Origin: Octopus sinensis
Lineage: Eukaryota
DNA length: 64,000 bases
Assembly (NCBI RefSeq): GCF_006345805.1
Contig: NC_043003.1
Span: 110,732,001-110,796,000, forward strand
Reading direction: 5' to 3'
In this document: in pieces, positions 1 to 12,745 of the stretch
Layout: each line of letters begins with the position of its first letter
Position numbering within the stretch: position 1 is the stretch's first letter
Notes under the pieces: generated by a model
Database searches by the model: none
Told to the model about the DNA's origin: nothing
Seen by the model: the letters and a program-made list of their open reading frames with translations, nothing else
Position numbers and translations under genes: made by a program

Positions 1-832
1 AAAATTAGTTATTCAATTCACAAATTTACGCAAATTCAAGCAAGAAAAATGTCTTCAAAACTCTTTGAAGATGTGGAAAATACATATTTCCCTTTGTATA
101 TACCCAACCGTTTATTCAACTATCTCCTTCCGCTTATTCAACTATCTGCCTACATCCATGTTTATATCACCGACATCCATGTTTATATATATATCAGTCT
201 CACTGCATGACACCTTTGTCTTCTAATATAGCCTCGTGCTGACCAAAGCTCTGTGTATGTGTGTGTGTGTGTGTGTGCATATATATATACTCAATACTAC
301 TCAAACACAAATATAGTGTATGTAAGGATTTCCAGTAGAATTGTGTTCTGCTTTTCTCCGCCATGTAATTTGCTTTATTTTAAGCTTTTTCCCTAGTTTA
401 GCTGGGTAAAGATGTTATGCTTTAAAAAATGTACTTCTGATTGTTTCAATAATTATGGCAAATTTAAGAATCAAGACATGAATCTGAAGAGTGACTTTAT
501 CAATATTGCTCTGAAATTACGCTTCTACTTGAATAAACCTACAATAAAACTTTGTTCTGAATTTTCTATCAAATGCGTCCTTTATAATACCCAGGAAAAC
601 GTACTTTGCTGGGTATTGCGGCATACGTATTTTGTAGGGTATTGCTTATTAAATTACCCTAGTAATTGACTTGTAGTTAAAATTATCCATCTGAGAAAGA
701 TGGAAATAATTTTCATTTTATTAGTCTTTCAACTTAAAAATCCTAATTAGTCGAACCATATAGTGCATGGCCTGTTATGTAACAGTAAAATATTTATGGC
801 TATCCACAATCTTATTATTGTTTTGTTTTTTT

Positions 833-891
833 TCACTACATACCAACCACAAGAGCAAGTTTTACTGTCTCTTGTGGTTGGTATGTAGTGA
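833..891. repeat. Perfect 23-bp inverted repeat with 13-nt loop (hairpin)
   Basis: tcactacataccaaccacaagag (833-855) and ctcttgtggttggtatgtagtga (869-891) are exact reverse complements. Confidence 0.95.
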
Positions 892-1689
892 GAAATACTC
901 TAAAGTTTCGGACCATGTCCTCTGTCCTTTCTCCAAATATGAGACGAAGAGAACAGTAATAAAGTACTTTATCTCAGGTTCGAGATAATTAATGGAATAA
1001 ACTTTGTGGAATGGTTTCCATTGACATAAGCAATTAGATGCTTCATGTCAAGTCAATAGAATCTGAAATTATTTCGAGACGTACTAAATTCAGTCTCTAT
1101 TTTTAGTGCATTTCCTTGCTTTTTTTTATTGACATTTTCTTGTAGAATGACAACAAGCAAGTGTCCATGAGTAAAATTCAAAATGTTTACAAAGAAATGA
1201 AATATAAGTGATTGTAGATTTTTACAACAAAACAAACTTTGATGATAACTTCCCCGTCGAACTGTTCCGAAACAAAAGGAGACAATAAAGAAGAAAGAAA
1301 ATCAAATAGCAAAAGAAAACAACACCAAATAAGCAACTAGAAAATAAACAGCAAATGAAAGCCAAATTTTCTGGAATGGAAAATGAAGGCAAACATATTC
1401 GCCAACATGAATCTAATTAATATAAATTCTCATGCTGCTTGCAGTAAAACATATCTATGAAGAGGAATATATTGTGGATTGCTCTGAACATGAACATCCT
1501 GTCAACTCATATGATTCGAATTGAAAAGTAATCTCAAACTAATCCTGAATTTTTCTTAATTCCCTTTTACCCGGACAGAGAAAAATAAAAACAAAAAAAG
1601 AGTAGTATGGCATGGTTACTCTTTATATGTGTATGTATGCAAATGTGTGTAATAAACTACGAATTAGGCCAACGTATAGATATCTAAAA

Positions 1690-2560
1690 GAACAAAACCA
1701 CACAAAACTAACATCACACTTGAATATAAAGCGTTTTCAAACCAGAAAAATTGACAATTTGAAAATCAGGAAGACTAGAAGTAAGCGCCCGAGAGTTAGG
1801 AATATTAATGTTTACCAAACAATGAGAAATACTCTGGGAAATACGTGTAACAGTCAACGAAGCAACTCAAAACATGTAAATACACTTAATATGCTCAGAC
1901 AGCCAAACTAGGTTTCAAACAGTTCGAATACAGTTAGAAACACAGACAAACCACATCAACATACAACAATACATTTTTTACACCCAGTCTAGAGAAACGA
2001 CAACACACATTGGAAAAATATATAGGAAAACTCAAAGTAATAAATCAAAGTAAACTTTCTCACCAGTAACCAAAATTACTAGCAAAAGGACCAACATTTA
2101 CCCTAACCACACGCAAATCATATCGGAATGAAATCAAAGACATTATTATGGAAAATTGCAACATAAAGAAGCACTACTAAACTATAATAACGACGATGAT
2201 CCACTCGTTAAAGACAAAAGCAATTATCACCTGCCTAAAAGTAGGAGAAAAAGTTGATGACTTTTGTGTCCATATTATGAATTTCCTGAATAATATTTTA
2301 CACAAGCAAAGAATCATCTCAAATCCTAGCAATATGGAGTGAAAATATTTAATAGAACTGCAAAACGATAAAGAAATAACAATCAAATAAGACGTAGTGT
2401 TGTAGTTCAGATTAACACAGAATATTACAAAACCCTAGTACAACTACCGTCCATACAAGAACACTAAACATACAATCACCAAACATATAGTTTAATGTCC
2501 AAACACCATGAAATTTAAAACTAAGACATATTATAGCTGGCTATATTCGGGTCCTATGTT
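1690..2560 (+). mobile_element. Degenerate Penelope-like element, N-terminal/pre-RT ORF fragment
   Basis: A-rich coding-like stretch with PKLLAKGPTFTLTTRK, resembling the LLSKGxKFxPT motif found upstream of PLE RT. Contains multiple stops. Confidence 0.5.
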
Positions 2561-2594
2561 TTCCACTTTGATTCGCATTTACGTGCTCACTCCG

Positions 2595-2634
<40 letters not shown>

Positions 2635-2933
2635 TCAAAAGCCGAAGATAGGTGATGGAACGAAAAGCAGTTACATCAGTCTGCCACTCGGGAATAATAA
2701 AAAAGTTTTTAATACTTCGTGGCTACATTCTTTAAGAGAAGGAAATGAGAGGAGAAAGAATGAGAAGAGAACGAAAAAACACAGATAGAATGTTTAGGGA
2801 TTAACGGTTCAATATATAGGAAATCACCGGAAGAAAAAGGTTGAGCGAAAGGGAGATAATAACGGTGACTCGACGGAACTGGAATGCGCAAGCGCATTTG
2901 TACGTGAGGATATACATGTATACATACATACAT

Positions 2934-3011
<78 letters not shown>

Positions 3012-3672
3012 TATATAAGAATTTGAAAAACCTATACTATGATAAGAAAAAATATAAATGAGTATAGAATATGTACCGTATCCGTTTCACAGGAAAATAT
3101 AATGATATTATTTTGTCTCAGAATGTATTGCTTAATTGAAACATTTTTACACCATCTACAATGGAATATTCAATTCCAAATAATTAATTTCCTTAAAACC
3201 TCGGTGTGATGCTTGCACGTGCAGTAATATACAGCTTATGATAAAGTGAAAATATAAATCTTCAGACAAGATTTCAGCATGAAATTCATTTGGTCAATGC
3301 AGTTCATTAAAGCATATTATTTAGTAGGCTACGTTGTTCAATTGTGTCAGCAAATATAAAGTACAGTTCACCTTCGTCATTGTTTCCATTCTATTCTATG
3401 TCAAATGGCTGGTTAGGGAAAACTTGGGAACGTCTCTGGCACTTTGGTGACGCCGATGATTTTAATAGCGATATGTCATAGACGGAATGTTTGGTGAATG
3501 TTCAAGACGCATGTTTTGAATAGCTGTGTGTCACGTGACGTATACAACCAAAGAATTCCCAATAAGTTTATAGTGACAATTGTAAAAGTTATAGATACAC
3601 GACAATCATTATTTTCATAACTTACATATTTTATTGTGTGTACATATATATATATATATATTACATATATGC

Positions 3673-3705
<33 letters not shown>

Positions 3706-4293
3706 ATATATATATATTTATTTACATATATATTCACATATATATTCACATATATATTCACATACATATATTTACATATATTTACTGTACTTTTATCGTG
3801 TAAAGTGAAGTAAAGTTATTCCCTGCACACACAACCCCTACGCATACATACACACACACACACAAAACACACAAACATACAAACATACATGCAACACACA
3901 CACACTACATATACATACATACAAACACACATGCTTCAAACTACCAGTACCTTCCACTGACCATTCTCCTACGCACATGTGCAGGTAGACACACAACAGA
4001 GCCACTCATATTATAAATTCTTCCTATGACCTTAAACGATACTAAGCCCAAACACACACATAGATTAACAGCTACAACCACACACACACAGTGCTATCAT
4101 TACACACACATAGACCTGCACACACGCACATACCCACACATACACACACATACCTCCTTCTCTTGCACTCTCCTGTCTTTGAAAGAACTTTTTCTTCACC
4201 CATTCCCTTCCTGTCATTCAATATGTCACCGCGTGAGTATCGTTGGCGAGTTTTTCCTCCGTCTTCTCTTCCTTCGATCTTTCCTTTTTCTAT

Positions 4294-4329
4294 GTTTCTG
4301 ACGAAGAGATCCGCTCGAAACGTTAAATC
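4294..4329 (+). ncRNA. Minimal type-I hammerhead ribozyme motif
   Basis: gttt-CTGACGA-A-gag atccg ctc-GAAA-C-GT-T-aaat: stem I, core, stem II, GAAA and palindromic AACGTT stem III. Confidence 0.65.
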
Positions 4330-4360
4330 CTTTTTCTTTCTTTCCTCTCCTGAGTGTCCA

Positions 4361-4568
4361 ATAAATTAAATAAAATTAAGTTATCCACTACAATTGTTTC
4401 TTGTCACTTCTAAGGACATTCATCAGGTGGTTTTCAGACCTTCTATTCAATTTTAAATTATGACTTCATAATTTAAAATTGAATAGAAGGTCTGAAAACC
4501 ACCTGATGAATGTCCTTAGAAGTGACAAGAAACAATTGTAGTGGATAACTTAATTTTATTTAATTTAT
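4361..4568. repeat. Perfect palindrome, 103-bp arms, 2-nt spacer
   Basis: 4361-4463 is the exact reverse complement of 4466-4568, pivoting at ...aattatga CT tcataatt... Confidence 0.95.
4499..4544 (+). ncRNA. Minimal hammerhead ribozyme motif (mirror copy on minus strand at 4385-4430)
   Basis: ccac-CTGATGA-a tgtc cttagaagt gaca a-GAAA-caattg-TA-gtgg. Stem I is ccac/gtgg and the cleavage triplet is GUA. Confidence 0.7.
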
Positions 4569-5656
4569 ATAAATTTTTTTATGTATTGGATTAAGTCTTT
4601 CTTTGTTTGATTTGCAAAATAGTGGTTTTGTCTCTAATTAATATTATATAATATTTTACTATAAAATTGGATTCAATCCTAAATCTGATTTTTCCCTGCA
4701 AATTTGGATTTATTCCCTAATATTTATTATTATTATATATATATATATATATATAACTTAATTTATAAGTATATGACGACGCATAAATATATCATGTGTC
4801 TATCCTTGTATATGCATGAGTGTGCTAGCGTACAAGATATTTTTAAGGTTAGCGTAGGATGTAGAGGTTTGCCCGTGTACGGCTATATGTATGTGTGTGT
4901 GTGAGGGAGACGCTACGTGTGTGTGTGTGTGTGACTCTAAACGTATATCGTATTCATTTATTTGTAGGTGTATCAAATGCATTCCTAATGCGTCAAGAAG
5001 AAAACTATCAATATATTTTAAATCACTATATCGTAACATTTCCTTCAAATCGTACCACCGTCTCTTACTTCAATACGTTTCTCTTTAACATTATAATTCA
5101 GATTTGTATGCAAATGTGAATGAATATGTGTGTGCTTATGTGCGTGTGTTTATGTTCGTGAACACACACACACACATTCGTGCGCACGCACACATACACA
5201 GACATATTTATACGGTAACACATCTATGAATACGTGTTTGCTCATGTATGTAGACACGTAAGAATATTCATATGCTTGTTTGAGTGTATGAGAGAAATAA
5301 GGTGAAAATTATGTATTGATCGATTTGGATTAGTATTTACTCTACAATATTTTAACTACTTTCTTATGTATACACACAGACATATAACATCAATACACAC
5401 ACACACGATTATTTATACTCACAAACTTACATTCATACATAGAAACGGGTATACATCAACATATATACAAATCATAATCTGATTCACCTAAAACAACAAA
5501 TGTATACTTAAACAAAGATGATATTCTCATATCCTGTTATTATCTTTTCATAAATCTGAATGTGAGTTAGATATGCCAGCCTGTTGTTTTCATGAGTGAA
5601 TAAATAATATACCATAATTCCCTGTATAATATTTGAAATATTGATTTCCCACTTAC

Positions 5657-5717
5657 CTTGAAATTGTTCAAAGAGAATACCGCCTACTCGATCTCCTCTG
5701 TTGAAACGGACGGTTCC
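5657..5717 (-). CDS. Internal coding exon of a GABA-B receptor (GABBR2-like class C GPCR), end of Venus-flytrap domain
   Basis: Minus strand reads ttcacttttccag|GGAACCGTCCGTTTCAACAGAGGAGATCGAGTAGGCGGTATTCTCTTTGAACAATTTCAAG|gtaagt. This is 61 nt (phase 0 to phase 1) encoding GTVRFNRGDRVGGILFEQFQ, which aligns by eye to vertebrate GABBR2 [20 protein letters not shown]. Both splice sites are canonical. Confidence 0.8.
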
Positions 5718-5889
5718 CTGGAAAAGTGAAATAGTATATTTTTGTAGAGGTTTGTTGTGAATATGTGGTTGATATAGTGATTAATTTACCTCACACTTTC
5801 AACAAATATGTTTGAGCGACAAGCTCAGTTAATTTTTATATACCTTCCCATATACAGATATTATATTGCATTTAGCAGCAACCCATAAA

Positions 5890-6250
5890 TGGAAGAAACA
5901 ACTGAGAATGGATCGAGGACAGTTCTTGAAGTTTTACTCCTTCACTGGACTATCAGATTACAATAACCATATGCCTCACTTTACAGAAGAATTACATACG
6001 ACTTTCGGCTAATGACACGAAAGAACGATACCTTTGCCATGCAAAATCCTTCAAGACAATTAGAGAGCAAAAGACCAACGTCATTTGAACTTCAAGTCCT
6101 GGAGAATCAAGTAAGTGAACTCTATAGTGTATAGTGGAACATTCCAAAAGAAGCGTCATCTTACTCCCGATACATGAACGTAAGACACCATTAACTTTTA
6201 TAATATTGGCTCTCAACGGGTCATATGAGTTTCTGTGGTACACTCAGAAA
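5890..6250 (+). mobile_element. Degenerate PLE GIY-YIG endonuclease fragment
   Basis: Frames give KNYIRLSANDTKERYLCHAKSFK and WNIPKEASSYS, matching the PLE endonuclease pattern YIGxTxxxFKxRYxxHxxSF...W.I. Confidence 0.55.
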
Positions 6251-7570
6251 AGAAGTGTATATTTGGGATCCACGTCATTTTTCCATACATGTGTATCTTT
6301 TTAAAACCAGTATTCTACATGCTATTGTATAAAACTTCATCTACTTCCCCATTTAACAGCTATAAATTACAAGGGTCATACATAAATTTTAATTGGACAT
6401 TTTTATCGCAGGAAACAGCTGGTGCTTTTTCCCTAGCGTTTTACAAAGTTTGATATGTCCCCGGCCACTGAAATATGCTCCCTCAGAGATTGCTATTGCA
6501 ATCCTATACAAGTGAATACATGGAAAACAAAATAGAAATTTTGAATGAAATATCCATAAAAAAAAAACTGTTAAACATCAAATGGCTATTGGCGTTCACC
6601 CGAAGAAATTAATTGAGAAATATTGCTTTAACAGGAAAACAGAAATATACCGTTGCAGCCACTGGAACATTTAATAGCACATTTAAAATTATTACATATT
6701 AATAATGTTGGGTGATAATTAAATTTTTAACAAAATAAAAATGTAACGAGACAGATGCGTCGCGCGGTGTCTATTATATCGACCAATCATCATACTAAAT
6801 GTTTACAAATAAGAACAAGGTTCATTTATTGCCTAATGGATATCGGCTTTATTGAGACATCGTTACCAACTCACCGCTTTTGTCTAAATGATCAGAGGGG
6901 TATACATGACAATCTGAATTAGTACAAATATGAATACAGTATTTGAAATTCTGTGAAGTGTTCAATGAAATTTCGTTGAATTTTGAAAGCCTATAACGCA
7001 TACATTCACATACGCACACAGTCACATACAAACACACACACATACAGTTATGTATGTATATGCACGTACACGTGTATACATGTAAGTGTGTAAATGTTCA
7101 GCATCTGCTTCAATATAAGTGCCTGTCTAAGTACCTATATAAACACATGCATACACACACACACACACATACATAGATACATTATTCATAAATAATGAAT
7201 ATTGAGAAACTTAAGAGATATGAAATAAATCGTTATTAAACGTGGAACTCAAACGAGATAAATCTATAAGTAATAGCGTATAGAGTATCGTATACAGTCT
7301 CACATATCTGCAACTACTACTGAGGTGTATTACCATCAAACCAAAGCTATATTTTGAATATCTGTATATATTTCAGCTTTGTTCTCATCTGAGTGAATGT
7401 ACCCAGCTTATGACATTTTTCCATAAAATTGTATCATTTTAAAACCACTATTATACATGCCATTGTAGAAACATCTAATTTTTGCATTTAACAGCTATAT
7501 AATATAATATAATATAATATAATATAATATATATATATATATATACATATATATGTTTGTATGTGTATAC

Positions 7571-7626
<56 letters not shown>

Positions 7627-8220
7627 ATAGATATATATGTATACATATATACTTATATATATATATGTATGTGTTTGTATATATGTGCGCCTGTGTGTAT
7701 GCGTGCATGTGTGTCTTGTGTATATGCGTGTGAGTGTATGTATGTGTAGATATTTGTAGTGTGAAAGCCTGTATTTCCGGATGCTCATTCTATTCAGCAG
7801 CACGAGATATATTCAAAATTATTTCCATATACAACATTATTTAATTGAAATGCACAATATAGAACCGTCTTTGCCAATAAATATATATGGTATTGGATAA
7901 GAATACTTTTCTTTAACCAAGAAGTGGAACAGAATATCTTGTTATTTTCTGTATCATTCAGCGATCATTTACGTTCTTTTCGTGTGAAACTTCTTGCTCT
8001 TTCAGAGTAATTAAGTGATACAATTGTATATAGTTGAGGTAATATTGAAAATATTTTACAATAATGCATATATATATATGTATATATATATACATGTGTA
8101 TAGATACTTATTTATACATATACAAATATATATACATACATACACACACATATATATATACATGCATATATACATGCATACATATATATACACATACATT
8201 CATATATATACATATATATA

Positions 8221-8261
<41 letters not shown>

Positions 8262-9158
8262 TATACAGATATAGATATAGATAATAATATTATATACACA
8301 CGTATATAAACGTATGCCTCAACGTGCGTATTCAAATATACATAGGGAGATAGATCTAAATATGAGTTTGTGTGGATGTGTGGATGTATTTATACACCCA
8401 CGTACATATTTGTATACGTATCTGAATTTTGAATATTTCATTCCAATATGTATTAACCCAGAATCCTCGCTTATTTTGCACCACCTTTGAACACCGCGGT
8501 CGTAATGAAAAACGTATAATTTGAATTATCATTCAAGTGATAATATTTACCATTCTAAATATGTAATCCTTATTTCTTTTGAAATTATAGCAGTTAAAAT
8601 TACGCTCATGAAATGAGATTTTATTTTCTTTCCTTGCATTTCAACATGCAATGGGACATTTTTTTTATATTTCAAATCATTCTAAACTAAATGAAAGAAA
8701 ACATAAATTTCCCTGTATGAAACCTTGAGAGATATTCCCCAAAAGTCCTTCTTAAATATATGTGTACATTATAAAAATATATTTTATGTATAGAAAGAAT
8801 TAACTGTCTGTAGTTGACATGGATCTTCCATTGGCATCAATATATGCACATTCTGACGTGTCACGTGTGAAAATTTAAATACCTGAATAAATTAACATCC
8901 ATAAGACCAATTTAATATGAGAATATTTTTCGCTTAAACCATTGCATTGCTTAGCATGACTTGGCAAATTGTAGCTATTATCCATTATAAGTCTGACGTT
9001 CATTTCAACGTTTCATTTGCCGATATACGAGGTTACGGCATAGTACACCAAACCGATATCGTTTCTCTCACAGTGAGTAATGTCATCATAATTACAGACA
9101 CAGTCATACAGAATTGTAATACATGTATGTGTATTACTGCTTGTTGTTTATGTCAAGT

Positions 9159-9547
9159 TGTGGAGGCGCAATGGCCCAGTGGTTAGGGCTGCGGACTCGC
9201 GGTCATAGGATCGCGGTTTCGATTCCCAGATCGGGCGTTGTGAGCGTTTATTGAGCAAAAACACCTAAAGCTCCACGAGGCTCCGGCAGGGGATGGTGGT
9301 GATCCCTGCTGTACTCTTTCACCACAACTTTCTCTCACTCTTACTTCCTGTTTCTGTTGTACCTATATTTCAAAGAGCCGGCCTTGTCACTCTCTGTGTC
9401 ACGCTGAATATCCCCGAGAACTACGTTAAGGGTACACGTGTCTGTGGAGTGCTCAGCCACTTACACGTTAATTTCACGAGCAGGCTGTTCCGTTGATTCG
9501 GATCAACCGGAATCCTCGTCGTCGTAACTGACGGAGTGCTTCCTTCC
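9159..9547 (+). mobile_element. tRNA-derived SINE, full length, with 11-bp target-site duplication
   Basis: A box tggcccagtgg and B box gtttcgattcc. The TSD ttatgtcaagt lies at 9148-9158 and 9548-9558. The same family recurs inverted at 45430-45732. Confidence 0.9.
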
Positions 9548-9954
9548 TTATGTCAAGTCATATATGAAATTATTGGGGCGTCATAAATTCATCGTTATAC
9601 AATATTATTTGAATTAACCCGAAAATATTTGTATCGTAGTGATACATTTTTGTTTGTTTCGTAGTTATATAACCTTCCGTTTATAGCTTCTGAAATTTAC
9701 ATAAATGTTTCCTCTTTGCAAAACTTGCCAGGCAGAGGAGATCGTGAAAACTATTGACATCAGCTTCTCTTTAATTTTACTGACGGACACTAGTTGACAC
9801 AAACGGAGATATCACTCTATTGTCTCTGACTCAGGGAAAGGGTATTTAAGTTTTCTGCTTATGCGTGGAAATTATATAAGCTCCTGGCTGCTACACCTAG
9901 GCGCTAGTCTTCTGGTCCACGCTCGATGGAATTTCGTCTTTACCTAATGCATCT

Positions 9955-10400
9955 AGCAGAGATAATGCATCAAGTTTTGCCAGCAGCTTAGTGACACTAA
10001 TCACCCAGAAGATTCAGCATGCCTTAAGCGATAATGCATTGGGCAAAACTCACATCAATTAGTGGTACAGCCACTTCAAACATGGCAGTGTCTCAGAGGA
10101 GTGCGAGGCACGCTCGCGCAGGCCATCCACAAACTGAATTGATGAGCCGATTGAGCGTTTTCTGTGAATAGTCATGGAAGACTGTTGTGTAACAACCCAA
10201 GAAATTACAAACTAATGGGAATAAGCACATAATAAGTACATTCCATTTTAATTCAAAATTTGTGCGCACGGAAAGTATCGGTTAAATGCCTCCTTAAGGT
10301 GTTGGTAGAGCATCTGAAGCATATCTGCGTGGAAATCAAGCAGGGCATGTTTACCGTGCAAACCAAGACTCAGATTTCATGAAGTCACTAAGAATAAAAC
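9955..10400 (+). mobile_element. Degenerate mariner transposase, N-terminal HTH region
   Basis: CIKFCQQLSDTNHPEDSACLSDNALGKTHIN*WYSHFKHGSVSEECEARSRRPST (assembled across frameshifts) resembles the mariner CIKFC...W..RFK.G...D..RSGRPST N-terminus. Contains stops and frameshifts. Confidence 0.7.
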
Positions 10401-10859
10401 AAGAGGTTATATATGTCCGCTTGATGCGTTCTGTGAAAGCAAAAATCTAAAACGTGCACATTACACGTCTGTACTCTAGGCGTAACAGCCGGGAATTGAC
10501 AATGCATAATAGCTGGAAATGTTCCACACATACGCCGGATGAGTGATGTAACCTCCTACCTAAGGGATTTTTCCCACGCAGAAAAGATGGAAAGAGAGAG
10601 AGAATATAATTGCGTCCACTAAGATAACTTACGATAAGGAAAAAGTGAATGAAAAGAAAAGGAAAAAGTAACGCGTTACATTTAAAATTTATGCATAAAA
10701 TCCAAGGCTGCGAATGCACACATAAAATATACATATATAGTCCCTTAAGCAAATACATATGTACAATAGTAACAAACATGTAAACATGTATACAAATATA
10801 CAGATAAGCATATATATATATATATATATTATATTAAATTAATATAATTTTAATATAAT

Positions 10860-10953
10860 ATAATATAATATTTTACTATAAAATTGGATTCAATCCTAAA
10901 TCTGATTTTTCCCTGTAAGTTTGGATTTATTCCCTAATATTTTATTATTAATT

Positions 10954-10955
<2 letters not shown>
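10860..10955 (+). repeat. PLE-terminal repeat copy abutting (TA)n
   Basis: aaaattggattcaatcctaaatctgatttttccctgtaagtttggatttattccctaata is near-identical to 4662-4720. Confidence 0.75.
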
Positions 10956-11039
<84 letters not shown>

Positions 11040-11749
11040 TATATCTACATATATATAGGTTAGCAAACGTATACATAGTATAACCTATATACGCACACGA
11101 AAACGAACGACCTTTTTACTGGAATATTGAATATTAAAATAATGAAACTTTAAATTGCGGATCGAACAAAATCAATAATATAATCAAATAATATAATATA
11201 AATATTGGCCCCGGCGAGATTTAAATCCGAAAAGTGACTGCTGAAAATCGCAAAAAAGTTTTGCTAAGCTCATTAAAGCAATGCCATCACCTTCAATGAT
11301 AACAAAAATGATAAATAAATTCAATGGAAGTAATTAACTAAATGAAAATAATAAAAATAATAAAATTATGATAAAGAATAAAATAAAGTGAAACAAATCC
11401 ATTCTGACGTTCGATGTCTCTGAAAATACATTTTGGTCGACTCTAAGTACGAATTATCTATACAAGACTTAAGCGATTGTAAAAGGGCTTTTAAGATGTA
11501 CAATGAAAATCAAAATTGTAAGGTATATTGTGGGCTAAATATCAGTCAAACGGCTCAAAAAGTTGCATTTAAAAGTAACGATTACACAATAAAATAACAT
11601 AAAATAAAATAATAAACGTTTGTAAGTAGTCGAAGGTGTTCTTGAAGGTCGAAAAATATAAAATATAAAATGTAAAATGTAAAAACTACATTATACAAAA
11701 GTGATGCTTTTAGGTTGAACAACAAATTTCAAATGCGAAAGTCAATTAT

Positions 11750-12215
11750 ACCTCGTGGCATGTCTGCTGGAATTCAAAAGCTCCCGTCTTTGGTTCAATG
11801 TTTATTCAACCTAGAACAGGATGAAGAGCTTTTCGGTTAGGCACAAATTGCACCTCATAGGTCGTGTATATGTTCGATGCTTATACAGTGCAGCTTTCTC
11901 CAAGATTGTCCAGCTTATAATTAAAGGACAGGTACCATTTACTTTTAAATGCCAGACATGCTTGGCAAAACACGTTGCTGTACTATTTCCGGTGTATTGA
12001 AATGAATTTCGAATGGGAACATGATCTACTGCTAAAGGAATTTGCCGTAGCCCCTTATATGTTTGTAATCTTGTGAGCCGTCTATCTACCGTATCTCTAT
12101 AAACAATTCCTTTCTGTAAACGAATTCCTGCTAACGGATTTTGATTTTTACAATTGCAATTTTTTAGTTCTTTCCGACACTATGGTTCTTTCTAATAGTT
12201 TTCGTATTTAAGGAA
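11750..12215 (-). mobile_element. PLE GIY-YIG endonuclease C-terminal region
   Basis: The minus strand reads KNCNCKNQNPLAGIRLQKGIVYRDTV...FAKHVWHLKVNG...ISWTILEKAALY...RCNLCLTEKLFILF*...LNQRRELLNSSRH, a typical PLE C-terminus. Confidence 0.8.
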
Positions 12216-12466
12216 CAATGAAAAGAAACTAATTTCAAAGGTGTATCTAACAATGTAAGTTGTTTATCTTATACATAGAAACTTTATTTTGTTCCATTCT
12301 CACTCTAAACATGCCTACGAACGGGAACGTGAAACTCTGAAAGGCAGTATATTTGTGAGGTTTTGCAGTTTTTATCATAATAGTATTCTACCTCCGCTAT
12401 TTGAGTACTATCTTTTGTTACCTTGTATTACATTTATGTGCTTACTTTGGTATATATATTCGTAAG

Positions 12467-12508
<42 letters not shown>

Positions 12509-12534
12509 ATATTATATATATATACATATGCATA

Positions 12535-12745
12535 CATGATAGGTAAATTAGTTTGGCGTCTGAAGGACAGCAATACAACTTTCAAGCTGGAATGGTCCAT
12601 ATTGTCGGTGTCCTTTCCTTTTGATAAGGGCAGAAAACTTTGTGGCATCTGTAACTCCGAACTTTTTTATATTTTGTTCGCCAAAGTCCCTTTAATAAAT
12701 ACAATCGTCGAGAGGTCATACAGGTGCATGCACTGGCGAAAATAG
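12535..12745 (+). mobile_element. PLE endonuclease C-terminal fragment
   Basis: KLVWRLKDSNTTFKLEWSILSVSFPFDKGRKLCGICNSELFYILF...RSYRCMHWRK matches the W.LK...WSIL...CxLC..E..YI...CRH pattern. Confidence 0.7.

Larger units (their letters stand above)
3800..4730 (+). mobile_element. PLE-derived terminal (pLTR) fragments with hammerhead motifs, ending at (TA)n
   Basis: Contains HHR motifs at 4294 and 4499 and the repeat aatcctaaatctgatttttccctg(c/t)aa(a/g)tttggatttattccctaata, which recurs at about 10887 (+), 32400 (-) and, diverged, 39975. Confidence 0.6.

Noticed and set aside
651-690. Minus-strand acceptor followed by MDNFNYKSITR
   Set aside because: It lies on the wrong side of the identified exon for a DFNY exon, and the frame closes at once.
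6877-6915. 39-nt minus-strand candidate exon (CHVYPSDHLDKS) with a gtgagt donor
   Set aside because: The phase is incompatible with preceding the 5657-5717 exon, the acceptor is weak and the peptide shows no homology.
9159-9230. tRNA-like cloverleaf with A and B boxes
   Set aside because: It is the head of a SINE with a body, tail and TSD, not a tRNA gene.
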